Source of the DNA: Clostridiales bacterium UBA4821
GTDB taxonomy: Bacteria; Bacillota; Clostridia; Acetivibrionales; UBA4821
Assembly: GCA_002402315.1 (NCBI GenBank)
Contig: DHFP01000270.1
Span: forward strand, 1 to 57,604
DNA: 57,604 bases
Reading direction: 5' to 3'
Position numbers and translations under genes: made by a program
Shown: positions 39,365-49,762 of the stretch, piece by piece
Layout of the letters: the number at the start of each line of letters is the position of its first letter
How positions within the stretch are numbered: position 1 is the stretch's first letter
The notes under the pieces: generated by a model
Told to the model about the DNA's origin: nothing
Databases searched by the model: none
Seen by the model: the letters and a program-made list of their open reading frames with translations, nothing else

Positions 39365-40107
39365 TCCTTGCCGACCAGTCCTTTAAACACCTTCTCTATT
39401 TCATTCAGCCTGGTATTTGCACTTGCATCGACAGCACCGTATGGTGTTTCCAAAAGACATCTGCCTGATTCAAGAGAATGATCAACCTTTATCTCTATTT
39501 CACCCACTCCCTGTATCATAGCCAGCAGTTTATTTTTTGACTCAACAATATAGTCATAGTCATTTTCAGAAACCTTTAATACAACATACTCTTTTTGTGT
39601 GCAGCTTTCAAATGCATCTCTAACTATATGAAGAATATCTTCAGGGTTAAAACTTAGTTCTACACCCACAACTTTTCTGGATATATCAAAAATAATAGAT
39701 ACAACTTCATTTTCTATATTACTCAAAAAAACCTCTGCATCCTGTAAAGCTTGATGTTTTACCATGCCGGCTTCCTGGATTATGTCTTCACACCTGCGTA
39801 CAGCCTGATCATAGCCCTCCTCAAATCCGTTTTTCTTTGCCTGTTCCAGTATAATTTCCCGCTCCTCATCGATCTTTACCATTGCTTCATCAATTATTCT
39901 TTTAGCTTCTGCCTTAGCTTTCTTTATAATATCCTCAGACTTTGCCCTTAAATGGTTCGATGCTTCCTCTTCAGTAAGGCTTTCAATCTCAATATCCAAA
40001 GTATCGTCTTGAGTTTCACATTCAACATCATCTAAATTTAAAATGGGTGCTTCTACCTTGGCAGGTTCACCCATATATACGTTAAAGGACTTAATTACCT
40101 TAGACAA
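39361..40107 (-). CDS. fliH: flagellar assembly protein FliH
   Basis: Acidic N-terminus, coiled coil (AKAEAKRIIDEA..), FliH C-domain; canonical position. Confidence 0.85.
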   Translation of the reverse strand: MSKVIKSFNVYMGEPAKVEAPILNLDDVECETQDDTLDIEIESLTEEEASNHLRAKSEDIIKKAKAEAKRIIDEAMVKIDEEREIILEQAKKNGFEEGYDQAVRRCEDIIQEAGMVKHQALQDAEVFLSNIENEVVSIIFDISRKVVGVELSFNPEDILHIVRDAFESCTQKEYVVLKVSENDYDYIVESKNKLLAMIQGVGEIEIKVDHSLESGRCLLETPYGAVDASANTRLNEIEKVFKGLVGKE

Positions 40108-41122
40108 TTATTTCATCTCCTCCGCCTCTAGAAATTACAATTTCTCCAGCGTCCTCGAGTTTCCTTATAACATTGACTATCTTCTGCTGGGCTTCTTCTA
40201 CATCCCTTAACCTTACAGGTCCCATGTACTCAATATCTTCCTTTATCATATCCTGTAATCTCTTAGACATGTTGTTAAATATCACCTTCTGCACCTCTTC
40301 ACTTGCTCCTTTAAGCGCAAGCGCAAGTTGGTTATTATCAACTTCACGCAGAAATCTCTGAATTGACCTGTTGTCCAGAGTAATAATGTCATCAAATACA
40401 AACATTCTTTTCTTTATTTCAGATGCAAGGTCAGTATCTTCAATCTCAAGGGTTTCCATTATATATTTCTCTGTACCTCTGTCAACAGAATTTAGTATAT
40501 CAACAATTGATGCTATTCCGCCTGCGGACGTGTAATCTTCAACTACAAGTGATGATAACTTCTTCTCCAGAACCCTTTCTATTTCCTTTATAACCTCAGG
40601 AGAGGTCCTATCCATCACTGCAATTCTCCTGGTAACATCAGCTTGCTTGTCCTGAGGAAGTGCAGATAACACTACCGCTGCTTGAGCAGGTTTTAGGTAT
40701 GCCAGGATCAATGCAATAGTCTGCGGGTGTTCTCCCTGAATAAAATTGAGCAGCTGGCTTGGGTCAGCCTTTCGTACAAAGTCAAAAGGTCTAACCTGAA
40801 GTGAAACCGTAAGTTTATTAATGATCTCCAAAGCTTTTTGGGTACCCAGTGCTTTTTCAAGTACATCTTTAGCATATGTTATCCCACCCTCGGCAATATA
40901 TTCTTGAGCTAAGCATATCTGGTAAAAATCTTCAAGAACCCGTTCTTTATCCTCGGGTGTCACGGTTCTAATATTTGCAATTTCCAACGTAAGTTGCTCA
41001 ATTTCTTCTTCTTTAAGATGCTTAAATATCTCTGCCGATTTCTCCGGACCCAGTGCAATTAATAGCATTGCAGCCTTTTGCTTGCCTCCTATATCTGACC
41101 TTCCCCTTGACATCAAATTCAC
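40100..41122 (-). CDS. fliG: flagellar motor switch protein FliG
   Basis: KAAMLLIALGPEKSAEIFKHL and MFVFDDI motifs, 340 aa. Confidence 0.95.
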   Translation of the reverse strand: MNLMSRGRSDIGGKQKAAMLLIALGPEKSAEIFKHLKEEEIEQLTLEIANIRTVTPEDKERVLEDFYQICLAQEYIAEGGITYAKDVLEKALGTQKALEIINKLTVSLQVRPFDFVRKADPSQLLNFIQGEHPQTIALILAYLKPAQAAVVLSALPQDKQADVTRRIAVMDRTSPEVIKEIERVLEKKLSSLVVEDYTSAGGIASIVDILNSVDRGTEKYIMETLEIEDTDLASEIKKRMFVFDDIITLDNRSIQRFLREVDNNQLALALKGASEEVQKVIFNNMSKRLQDMIKEDIEYMGPVRLRDVEEAQQKIVNVIRKLEDAGEIVISRGGGDEIIV

Positions 41123-41125
41123 TCC

Positions 41126-42685
41126 CTAATCCCAGTCATCTGCCAACCAGTTTCTTAATAATTGCGCTACTGCCTCAGGCTTATGTTTGATGAATTTATC
41201 TATTTGTTTTTTCACTTCCGACTTCTCTTCAATATCTATTTCAGGAAGATCATCTTCACTTACAATACTTGCGGAAAGTGATGTATTCATTCCTGATCCT
41301 TGAACAGCCAAGCCCCTGTCCAAAGCTGCTCCTCTTCTCATAACACCTATTGCTAATAGTAGTATGAGTATACCTACTATCGCAATTGGACCTATCTTCC
41401 CAAGCAAACTCATCCAATCTGTTTTTGGCGCTTCAACCTTAGCAGGGTTAAGCTTGAAACTTGTTATTGCAATATTTTTCTCCGGAATACCTGTTGCTTT
41501 TGATATTGCATTTAGGGCCTCATCAATTTCCGGTTGCGCAGGAGCATTGGGTGTATTTGTACCATAAAGAAAACTTACTGTAATGGAGGATTTTTCTGTA
41601 TCCAGCATCCCAATGGCCTTATTTGTCTCAATATTCTTTTGGTTTATCTCATAGTTATTAATTACGTCTGACTTCTTATATGATGAATCAGATCCATCTC
41701 CGGACGTATATGACGGTGTGGTGCTATTCCCTCCATTTGAGTCAGTCCCAGGTACCCCGCCTGTAGATCCGTTCTGGACTTCTTCCTTGTGCGTTTCTGA
41801 ACTTCTTAGAATACCACTATCCCCTCCAACAACAGGTGTATATTGTACTTCCTTGGTGGTTTCGGTACTAAAGTCACAGACAACATTTGCTGCAACCCGT
41901 ATACCATCATACCTGTTGCTGAATAGGTTGGTTACTTTGTTCTCTATATCTTTCTTATTGATATCCATTATCTCATACTGGCTTGACGTGATACCTGTTG
42001 TGTCATCATCACTGGCAGAATTAAGCAATTTGCCCGTGTATTTGTCAATAACCTTTACATTTTTGGGCTCCAGCCCTTCAACACTGGCTGCTACGAACCT
42101 TACTATCCCATCTACCTGCTTTTTTGACAAATCTTCCCTGGATTCAATCATTACAGCTGCAGTAGGCATTTGTGCTTCAGGGTCACCAAGAAATACATCC
42201 TTCTCAGGCAAACTAAGATTTACAACTGCATCTTTTATATTATCTATTTTCTTTAAACCGACTGCTATCTTTTGCTCATCGTACTCCTTGAATATTTTCT
42301 TCTTATCACTTTCGGTTGTGGAAAGCTTGATTGAACTAAGGGCATCCTTGAAGGTCATACCTCCTCTTGGATATCCAGCCTGGGCCAAGGCTATCTGAGC
42401 CATATCCTTATCCTTAGATTTAACTTCTATAGAAGTTCCACCGTCAGTAAGTTTGTGTTCTATATTATTTTCCTTAAGAATTGTACTCATTTCCCCAACT
42501 TCTTTAGAGTCAATTCTACCACTAAAGAGGTTTTCATAATTGGGTCTTGTAACAATAAATATGGCAACAGTAATACTCGCAATAACCAGAATAGCTATAA
42601 GTATCATTCTGGTCTTTTGCGACTTGTCCATATCGTTCCAGATTTCTAGTGCCTGCTGTTGTAATCTTGCCAACGCTTCAGGCAT
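41126..42685 (-). CDS. fliF: flagellar MS-ring protein FliF
   Basis: N- and C-terminal TM helices, ring-building motifs, C-terminal FliG-binding tail LLRNWLADD. Confidence 0.93.
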   Translation of the reverse strand: MPEALARLQQQALEIWNDMDKSQKTRMILIAILVIASITVAIFIVTRPNYENLFSGRIDSKEVGEMSTILKENNIEHKLTDGGTSIEVKSKDKDMAQIALAQAGYPRGGMTFKDALSSIKLSTTESDKKKIFKEYDEQKIAVGLKKIDNIKDAVVNLSLPEKDVFLGDPEAQMPTAAVMIESREDLSKKQVDGIVRFVAASVEGLEPKNVKVIDKYTGKLLNSASDDDTTGITSSQYEIMDINKKDIENKVTNLFSNRYDGIRVAANVVCDFSTETTKEVQYTPVVGGDSGILRSSETHKEEVQNGSTGGVPGTDSNGGNSTTPSYTSGDGSDSSYKKSDVINNYEINQKNIETNKAIGMLDTEKSSITVSFLYGTNTPNAPAQPEIDEALNAISKATGIPEKNIAITSFKLNPAKVEAPKTDWMSLLGKIGPIAIVGILILLLAIGVMRRGAALDRGLAVQGSGMNTSLSASIVSEDDLPEIDIEEKSEVKKQIDKFIKHKPEAVAQLLRNWLADDWD

Positions 42686-42725
42686 TATGTATTCACTCCC
42701 TCTCTAGTAGTTTCTCTTTAGTGGA

Positions 42726-43031
42726 TTAAATCTGCATCCTCATTATCTCGTTATATGCATCAAGAATCTTGTTTCTAACCTGTAAAGTAAATTGCAAAGC
42801 CAAATCAGCCTTTTCACCTGCTATCATTACTGAATGAAGGTCGTCAATTTTGCCTGCCGCCATAAGCTCGGCCATCCGGCTTGCTTCATTCTGCATCTGA
42901 CTAACAGAGTTTAATGCTTGGTTTAGCACATTCCCAAAATTTACTTTTCCTTCATCAGATGGAGTATTCGAGCCAGGAACAGCTGGTATAGGCTTAATGC
43001 CAGAAACTATATTTGACACCGATTTTACCAT
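42726..43031 (-). CDS. fliE: flagellar hook-basal body protein FliE
   Basis: About 100 aa; C-terminal LALQFTLQVRNKILDAYNEIMRMQI. Confidence 0.9.
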   Translation of the reverse strand: MVKSVSNIVSGIKPIPAVPGSNTPSDEGKVNFGNVLNQALNSVSQMQNEASRMAELMAAGKIDDLHSVMIAGEKADLALQFTLQVRNKILDAYNEIMRMQI

Positions 43032-43091
43032 TAAAACTCATCTCCATTTTGTTAGTTTGCATTTTACAATTATTTGACTTATTTGCCTTTT

Positions 43092-43119
43092 AACTGTCAG
43101 CTGCTAACTGTAAACTGAC
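43092..43119. repeat. four tandem heptamers AACTGTC AGCTGCT AACTGTA AACTGAC
   Basis: Read directly; lies in the flgC-fliE spacer, 3 nt from the flgC stop. Confidence 0.7.
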
Positions 43120-43122
43120 TTA

Positions 43123-43566
43123 CTACCTTCCTATCTCCAATGCTTTCATAGCCATATTTTTGGTTGCATTCAGCGCAGAAACATTAGCTTCATAAGATCT
43201 GGTTGCTGAAATCATATTAACCATTTCGGCAGTAATATCCACATTGGGCATAAGTACATATCCATCCTTATCTGCGTCCGGGTTCCCAGGGTCATATATT
43301 TTTTTCAAAGGACTCTGGTCTTCAGCAATTCTTAAGACTCTTACCCCTCCGGTACCAATAATAGACTTACTAGCCTCTGTAAGATAGGAAGAAAATGGCC
43401 TGTCACCACCACGTTGTTGAAAAACCAATACTTTCCTCCTATAAGGAGTACCATCCTCAGTCCTGGTTGTGTTAGCATTTGCAATATTTTGAGAAATCAG
43501 ATCCATTCTCAGTCGTTGTGCAGTTAATCCCGAAGCACTAATATCCAGAGAACTGAAATATGACAT
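43123..43566 (-). CDS. flgC: flagellar basal-body rod protein FlgC
   Basis: DISASGLTAQRLRMDLISQNIANANTT. Confidence 0.95.
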   Translation of the reverse strand: MSYFSSLDISASGLTAQRLRMDLISQNIANANTTRTEDGTPYRRKVLVFQQRGGDRPFSSYLTEASKSIIGTGGVRVLRIAEDQSPLKKIYDPGNPDADKDGYVLMPNVDITAEMVNMISATRSYEANVSALNATKNMAMKALEIGR

Positions 43567-43568
43567 AA

Positions 43569-43976
43569 CTACCTCCTACCTTCACTAATGGCTGTTTGAA
43601 TCTTTTTAAACTCACCTGAAACCTTTTGTATCAACGCATTGTACATTATGTTGTTCTTTGCCATTTGAGCCATTTCATTTTCTATATCTACGTTATTTCC
43701 ATCCAAACGCATGTTTGCAGCATTATCCTCTCTGATATTGATTTTTACTGCATTTATATTACTTGCTCCAATTGGAATATGCCGTTCATTTGTAATCATC
43801 CCTCTAGCTTTATTAGCAATAGCCTCGGAAAGAAACTGCTCAAATTCAACCTTCTGCCTTTTATAACCCGGGGTATCTGCGTTTGCAATGTTATTAGAAA
43901 TGACTTTGTTTCTAAGCCAGGATGCATCGAGAGCCCGTTCCAATATATATGTACTTTTAAACATATCATTTATCAT
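43569..43976 (-). CDS. flgB: flagellar basal-body rod protein FlgB
   Basis: LRNKVISNNIANADTPGYKR; first gene of the operon. Confidence 0.93.
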   Translation of the reverse strand: MINDMFKSTYILERALDASWLRNKVISNNIANADTPGYKRQKVEFEQFLSEAIANKARGMITNERHIPIGASNINAVKINIREDNAANMRLDGNNVDIENEMAQMAKNNIMYNALIQKVSGEFKKIQTAISEGRR

Positions 43977-44151
43977 GCTTTAGCCCCCAATTTCAAAAAT
44001 ATCTCACAATATATTTCGACATAATCATATGTTTTCCTTCACACATTTTTTTCTAAAATATTGTTAAATTCTTAATAAGCAGGTTATATTAAGCTTTTTA
44101 AAATGAAAATTATATGAAAGTTGAAGAGTAGTTTTGAATTTATCTTAAACT

Positions 44152-44180
44152 ATTATATCATTATTATTTTTATATGCCAA
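44152..44180 (-). promoter_or_regulatory. candidate sigma-A promoter of the fla/che operon
   Basis: The minus strand reads TTGGCA, a 17-nt spacer, then TATAAT, about 170 nt upstream of the flgB ATG and just downstream of the codY terminator. Confidence 0.5.
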
Positions 44181-44225
44181 TTAAATTAACTATTATGTAA
44201 TTAATTTAAAATATTTTATCACTTT

Positions 44226-44263
44226 TTGCAAAAATTAAGCCTGCTTTAGTCTAAAGCAGGCTT
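44226..44263 (-). terminator. rho-independent terminator after codY
   Basis: 12-bp stem aagcctgcttta/taaagcaggctt with a 3-nt loop, followed on the minus strand by aatttttgc. Confidence 0.8.
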
Positions 44264-44266
44264 TTA

Positions 44267-45049
44267 TTATTTCTGAGATATTTTTTCAAGTTCTTCCAGC
44301 AGCTTTTCATTTAGTATCTTGATGTGTGTTCCCTTCATTCCTAATGACCGTGACTCTATCACACCGGCACTCTCAAACTTTCTTAGTGCATTGACTATAA
44401 CAGATCTTGTGATTCCAACCTTATCAGCTATCTTGCTTGCTACCAGCAACCCCTCTGTCCCTTCTAATTCTTTAAAGATATTGACTATTGCTTCCATTTC
44501 TGAATAGGATAGACTTCCTAGTGCAAGTTGAACAACCGCTTTTTTCCTTATTTCAGTTTCATTCTCAATGTTTATTGATCTGAGAATCTCCATGCCGACC
44601 ACCGTAGCTCCATACTCGGCAAGCACAAGATCATCATCTGTAAACTGTCCGTCGTCCTTGTTTAAGAGAAGTGTTCCTAACCTTTCCCCACCACTGCTTA
44701 TAGGCACTATAGTTATACTAATATTTTTTCCTGCGCCTGCAGCTGTCTTGAAGTTTTCAAGTTCACCAGCCTTTAGGTTTGCCCTTGTTTCTTTTACATA
44801 TAATAGTTCTTCATTCTGTTGACCGGAAATTTGTTTTCCTATTTCCACATCGTTAACAATATTCCCTTTACTCATGGCTCCATCTTGGTGAAGGCCAAGT
44901 ATCTTCCCCTTTTTACTAATTACATAAACATTTGATGCAAGTAACTCTCCCAGAATTTCACACATATCTGAAAACCTCATTGACTGTGAACCGGTAGTCT
45001 GTAGAAGTCTGGTAACCTTTCTAGTTTTATCTAGCAATTTGCTAGTCAT
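44267..45049 (-). CDS. codY: GTP/BCAA-sensing global regulator CodY
   Basis: GAF-like N-domain and the w[41 protein letters not shown]. Confidence 0.95.
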   Translation of the reverse strand: MTSKLLDKTRKVTRLLQTTGSQSMRFSDMCEILGELLASNVYVISKKGKILGLHQDGAMSKGNIVNDVEIGKQISGQQNEELLYVKETRANLKAGELENFKTAAGAGKNISITIVPISSGGERLGTLLLNKDDGQFTDDDLVLAEYGATVVGMEILRSINIENETEIRKKAVVQLALGSLSYSEMEAIVNIFKELEGTEGLLVASKIADKVGITRSVIVNALRKFESAGVIESRSLGMKGTHIKILNEKLLEELEKISQK

Positions 45050-45169
45050 AGCCTTCCTCCTATTTCTCTAAAATATGTTTAAAATAGAAATTTTGTCATT
45101 AATAGCTTAAACTTGCTTATTTTTTCTCTAATAAAGATAACACAATAATTTGATTAATACAAGAATTCA

Positions 45170-46474
45170 TTAAATTTCATTTTTTAATTTATTTATATAC
45201 TTTATTGATATTTCTGCTATTAAGCTGTTCCTTTTATCTTTGCCAACCTTTAACTCCGGCTTCGGCACAATACCAAAGTTAGCATTCATAGGCTGAAACT
45301 TAGAAATTGCATCTGAAGAAACATATGAAGCCAACGCTCCTGCAACCGTCTGTCTAGGAAAAGCTGACATTTCTTGCCCATTGAAAGCTTTAACGGCATT
45401 AATACCGGCAATCAAACCGGATGATACTGATTCTACATATCCTTCTACCCCCGTAATCTGTCCTGCAAAGAATACTCTAGGTTCATGTTTAAGATTAAAA
45501 ACCGGAGATAGCAGCCCTGGCGAATTAATGTATGTATTTCTATGCATTACCCCGTATCTTACAAATTCCGCATTTTGGAGTCCCGGTATTAAGCTGAATA
45601 TTTTCTTTTGTTCTCCCCATTTGAGATTGGTCTGAAAACCAACCATATTGTATAAAGTCCCCTCAGTATTGTCCTGTCTGAGCTGTACTACTGCAAACGG
45701 TTGTTTTCCAGTGTGGGAATTTATCAGTCCTACCGGCTTCAGAGGACCAAATACCAATGTTTGTTTCCCCCTCTTCGCCATAACCTCAACCGGCATGCAT
45801 CCTTCAAACACTTTTCTATCTTCGGAGCCGTGCAGTTCAGTCACTTCCGCTGTTATTAGAGAATCATAAAATTTATCATACTCATCCTTCTCCATAGGGC
45901 AGTTTAAATAATCAGCATCTCCTTTGCCATATCTATCTGCTTTAAATATTATGCTCATATCCAATGATTCTGATGTAACTACAGGAGCAGCAGCATCAAA
46001 AAAATACAAATAGTCCTGCCCCAACATTGACTGAATGTTTTTTGATAAACTCTCTGATGTAAGCGGACCGGTTGCAATCACTACAATACCCTCAGCAGGT
46101 ATCTTGGTAACCTCTTGCCTTATTAACTGAATTAAGGGGTTATTTGAAATCCTTTCGGTCACACCGCATGAGAATTTCTCCCTGTCTACAGCCAATGCTT
46201 GCCCGGCAGGAACCTTATTGTAATCTGCATACTCAATAATTATTGACTCCATCAATCTTAATTCTTGTTTTAACAAACCTGCTGCGTTTTCAATGGAGTT
46301 TGACTTAAAAGAATTGCTGCAAACTATCTCGGCAAGGTCAGGTGAACTATGAGCCGGCGAATACTTCTCCGGCTTCATCTCATAAAGCTTAACCTTTATT
46401 CCTCTTTGGGCGATCTGCCAGGCTGCCTCACACCCTGCCAGTCCGCCGCCAATTACAGTAATATAATCTATCAT
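45170..46474 (-). CDS. trmFO: methylenetetrahydrofolate-tRNA-(uracil-5)-methyltransferase TrmFO (Gid)
   Basis: VIGGGLAGCEAAWQIA FAD fold; about 435 aa. Start at the ATG at 46474, just after the topA stop; the alternative is 46492. Confidence 0.9.
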   Translation of the reverse strand: MIDYITVIGGGLAGCEAAWQIAQRGIKVKLYEMKPEKYSPAHSSPDLAEIVCSNSFKSNSIENAAGLLKQELRLMESIIIEYADYNKVPAGQALAVDREKFSCGVTERISNNPLIQLIRQEVTKIPAEGIVVIATGPLTSESLSKNIQSMLGQDYLYFFDAAAPVVTSESLDMSIIFKADRYGKGDADYLNCPMEKDEYDKFYDSLITAEVTELHGSEDRKVFEGCMPVEVMAKRGKQTLVFGPLKPVGLINSHTGKQPFAVVQLRQDNTEGTLYNMVGFQTNLKWGEQKKIFSLIPGLQNAEFVRYGVMHRNTYINSPGLLSPVFNLKHEPRVFFAGQITGVEGYVESVSSGLIAGINAVKAFNGQEMSAFPRQTVAGALASYVSSDAISKFQPMNANFGIVPKPELKVGKDKRNSLIAEISIKYINKLKNEI

Positions 46475-46475
46475 A

Positions 46476-48551
46476 TTATCCCTTCTTTTCATAGGTACAC
46501 TTGCTATTACTGCAAATTAAATGCTGCTTGCCGCCTTTCTTCTTAAGAAGGAAACTGCTGCACTCGGGGCATTTCTCTTTAGCCGGAATATCCCATGTCA
46601 TAAAGCTGCACGTCGGATTATTTTCACATCCATAATATTTTTTCCCCTTTTTGGTCTTCTTTATTACTACTCTTGCCTTGCACTCCGGACACTCTACTCC
46701 TGCATCCTCAAGTATTGGCTTTGCGTTCCGGCATTCGGGAAACCCGGGGCATGCAAGAAACTTTCCGAACCTCCCGTGCTTTATGACCATCATCCTGCCG
46801 CATTTTTCACATGGTATATCTGATTCCTCATCCTCAATCTTAATATGCTCAACTTCTTTCTCGGCCTGTCTTAGTGTCTGGTTAAAAGAAGGGTAAAACT
46901 CTTCCAATAATTCTACCCAATTTCTCTTCCCTATCTCAATTTCGTCTAATTTTTCTTCCATATGCGCAGTAAACTCAACATCTACTATATCCTGGAAATG
47001 CTCTTTCAATAATAATGTTACCACCCTTCCCAGTTCAGTAGGCACTAGGAGCTTTTTTTCCTTTTCTATATAGTTTCTGGCAATAATAGTCGTTATTGTA
47101 GGAGCATAGGTACTTGGCCTCCCAATTCCCTTCTCCTCCAATGCCTTTACTAGCGTAGCTTCAGTATACCTTGGCGGAGGCTGTGTAAAATGCTGTTTTG
47201 GTTCCAGTTTTTTTAGGTTAACTTCCTGTCCTTCTTTAAGCTCCGGAAGAGTTACATCTTTTTCTTCTTTTTCATCATCCCTACCCTCAACATACACCTT
47301 CATGAAACCTTTGAATCTTATATTGGATCCGTATGCTCTGAATATATACTTCGAAGCACTTATATCTATAGTTAATGTATCATATAAAGCCGATGCCATC
47401 TGGCTTGCAATGAATCTTTCCCATATCAGCTTATACAGTTTATATTGTTCCGGCGTCAAGGAATCCCTAATACTATCCGGTTCAAAATTTATATGCGTTG
47501 GTCTAACAGCTTCATGTGCATCCTGAGCACCGGATTTTGTTTTGTATACCCTTAGTTCTTCGGGAATAAACTTTTCACCATACTTATCCGAAATAAACCT
47601 TCGCGCTTCAGTTTGTGCTTCTTTTGATATTCTGGCAGAATCAGTCCTCATATATGTTATGAGACCTACCAATCCAGTACCCTTAACATTTATACCCTCA
47701 TATAACTGCTGAGCCACAGACATTGTCCTTTTTAGAGAAAAACCAAGCTTTCTAGCCGCTTCCTGCTGAAGAGTACTAGTCACAAATGGAGGTGATGGAG
47801 CTCTTTTCTTTTCTCCCTTTTTAACCTTAGTTATAACATACCTCGCATCATTTAGGTCTCCTAATATTAAATCCATCTGTTTTTCAGAAGTAACATGCAG
47901 TTTTTCGTCCGACATACCATGCAGCTTGGCTTCAAAAGCAGCAGATGTTTTAGGATCCAACAGCATAGCATCAAGAGTCCAATATTCTTCCGGAACAAAA
48001 CTTTCTATATCTTCCTCCCGGTCAACAACCATTCTAACCGCTACTGATTGCACTCTTCCAGCACTAAGACCTTTACGGACCTTTTTCCACAGGAAAGGGC
48101 TCATCTGATAACCAACAATCCTATCCAACACCCTTCTTGCCTGCTGTGCATCCACAAGGTTCATGTCTACTTGCCTTGGTGATTTTATTGCTGATTTCAC
48201 TGCATTTTTTGTAATTTCATTAAATGAAATTCTGCATTTATCTGTTTGCTCTAATTTTAACAGGTTAGCCAAATGCCAGGAAATCGCTTCGCCCTCCCTA
48301 TCAGGGTCGGTCGCAAGAAATACCTTATCAGCCTGGCTGGCATGTTTCTTTAGTTTCTGTATCAATTCTCCCTTTCCCCTGATAGATATATATTTAGGCT
48401 CAAACCTATTTTCTACATCAACTCCGAGCTGGCTCTTAGGCAAATCCCTTATATGACCCATAGAAGCTTCAACCTTAAAATCTTTTCCTAAAAATTTTCC
48501 TATTGTTTTTGCCTTTGCCGGAGATTCAACTATTACTAGATATTGTACCAT
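46476..48551 (-). CDS. topA: DNA topoisomerase I
   Basis: TOPRIM LVIVESPAKAKTI; C-terminal CxxC zinc ribbons. ATG at 48551 behind GGAGG; the ORF-track GTG is at 48563. Confidence 0.95.
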   Translation of the reverse strand: MVQYLVIVESPAKAKTIGKFLGKDFKVEASMGHIRDLPKSQLGVDVENRFEPKYISIRGKGELIQKLKKHASQADKVFLATDPDREGEAISWHLANLLKLEQTDKCRISFNEITKNAVKSAIKSPRQVDMNLVDAQQARRVLDRIVGYQMSPFLWKKVRKGLSAGRVQSVAVRMVVDREEDIESFVPEEYWTLDAMLLDPKTSAAFEAKLHGMSDEKLHVTSEKQMDLILGDLNDARYVITKVKKGEKKRAPSPPFVTSTLQQEAARKLGFSLKRTMSVAQQLYEGINVKGTGLVGLITYMRTDSARISKEAQTEARRFISDKYGEKFIPEELRVYKTKSGAQDAHEAVRPTHINFEPDSIRDSLTPEQYKLYKLIWERFIASQMASALYDTLTIDISASKYIFRAYGSNIRFKGFMKVYVEGRDDEKEEKDVTLPELKEGQEVNLKKLEPKQHFTQPPPRYTEATLVKALEEKGIGRPSTYAPTITTIIARNYIEKEKKLLVPTELGRVVTLLLKEHFQDIVDVEFTAHMEEKLDEIEIGKRNWVELLEEFYPSFNQTLRQAEKEVEHIKIEDEESDIPCEKCGRMMVIKHGRFGKFLACPGFPECRNAKPILEDAGVECPECKARVVIKKTKKGKKYYGCENNPTCSFMTWDIPAKEKCPECSSFLLKKKGGKQHLICSNSKCTYEKKG

Positions 48552-48606
48552 CACTACCTCCACATTTTAATAACAGATGTAATTTTAGTAGAAAATTTTA
48601 ATTTCA

Positions 48607-49698
48607 TCAAGCCCTTAGAAAAAATTTCCCCGGTAATTGTTTAAGAATACCTTTCAACTCCAACATTGTCAGCACCGAATTTATCTTCTGAATATTATGT
48701 CCCGTTCTCCTTAATAAAATATCTATATGTACAGGCTCAGCGCCTATATTATTTATAATTTTTCTTTCATCCTCGTCAAGATTACTATATTGTTGTTCAT
48801 TTTTCTTTTCTGACACAACCTTGATAGTCCTTAACTCAGCAAATTCTTCCAGGACATCTTCAACGCATGTCACCATTTTTGCACCTTCTTTTATTAGTCT
48901 GTTTGTACCCTTGCTTTCATAACTGGTTGCATTTCCAGGAGCTGCAAACACCTCTTTGCCCTGCTCAAGGGCAAAATCCACAGTAATAAGCGACCCGCTC
49001 CTATCTCCTGCTTCAATTACAACAACGCCCATTGAAAGGCCGCTGATTATCCTGTTCCTCGCAGGGAAATTGCCTGACAGCGGTTTCATTCCTACTGCAA
49101 ATTCTGAGATTACTGAACCAGATTTTGATACCTGGTCTATGATCATCTTATTCTCTGGTGGATAAGGAATGTCTACTCCACATCCTAGTACAGCAATAGT
49201 TCTTCCCCCAGCTTCAAGCGCTCCCCTATGAGCAAAGGTATCTACACCTCTTGCCATGCCGCTTACCACTGTAATACCCCTAATAGCCAGTTCAAAGGCA
49301 ATTTCCTTTGCCATATTCAAACCATATATAGTTGCTTTCCTGGACCCAATAATAGCAACAGCCCTATCATCTGATTTCTCAAGCTTGCCCCGTACGTAGA
49401 GCACTGGAGGAGGGTCATAAATGGCTTTCAGATGAACCGGATAATCATCATCAACCGCCCGCAATACATCTATGCCAATTTCCTTTATTCTATGCATATA
49501 AAATTCAAGGTTATCCCTATATTTTTGGTTAAGTACGGTATATATATTCTTTCCCAGCCCCTGGACTCTAAACAGTTGGTTATAATTTGCATTCCAAACC
49601 TCATACGGTGAACCAAAATACTCAATGAGTTGATTAAACCTGCGTGCACCTATTCCCGGCAGGGAGCTTAGCCATACCCAGTATTTAAGATCGTCCAT
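48607..49698 (-). CDS. dprA: DNA processing protein DprA (Smf)
   Basis: Rossmann-like core GSRKAT..GMARGVDTFAHRGALEAGG..AVLGCG; C-terminal wHTH. Confidence 0.92.
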   Translation of the reverse strand: MDDLKYWVWLSSLPGIGARRFNQLIEYFGSPYEVWNANYNQLFRVQGLGKNIYTVLNQKYRDNLEFYMHRIKEIGIDVLRAVDDDYPVHLKAIYDPPPVLYVRGKLEKSDDRAVAIIGSRKATIYGLNMAKEIAFELAIRGITVVSGMARGVDTFAHRGALEAGGRTIAVLGCGVDIPYPPENKMIIDQVSKSGSVISEFAVGMKPLSGNFPARNRIISGLSMGVVVIEAGDRSGSLITVDFALEQGKEVFAAPGNATSYESKGTNRLIKEGAKMVTCVEDVLEEFAELRTIKVVSEKKNEQQYSNLDEDERKIINNIGAEPVHIDILLRRTGHNIQKINSVLTMLELKGILKQLPGKFFLRA

Positions 49699-49762
49699 AT
49701 ATCCACCACCTTTTTACAAACCTATACTAACAAATAAATTGTTTGTTGTCTATTAGTGAGAT

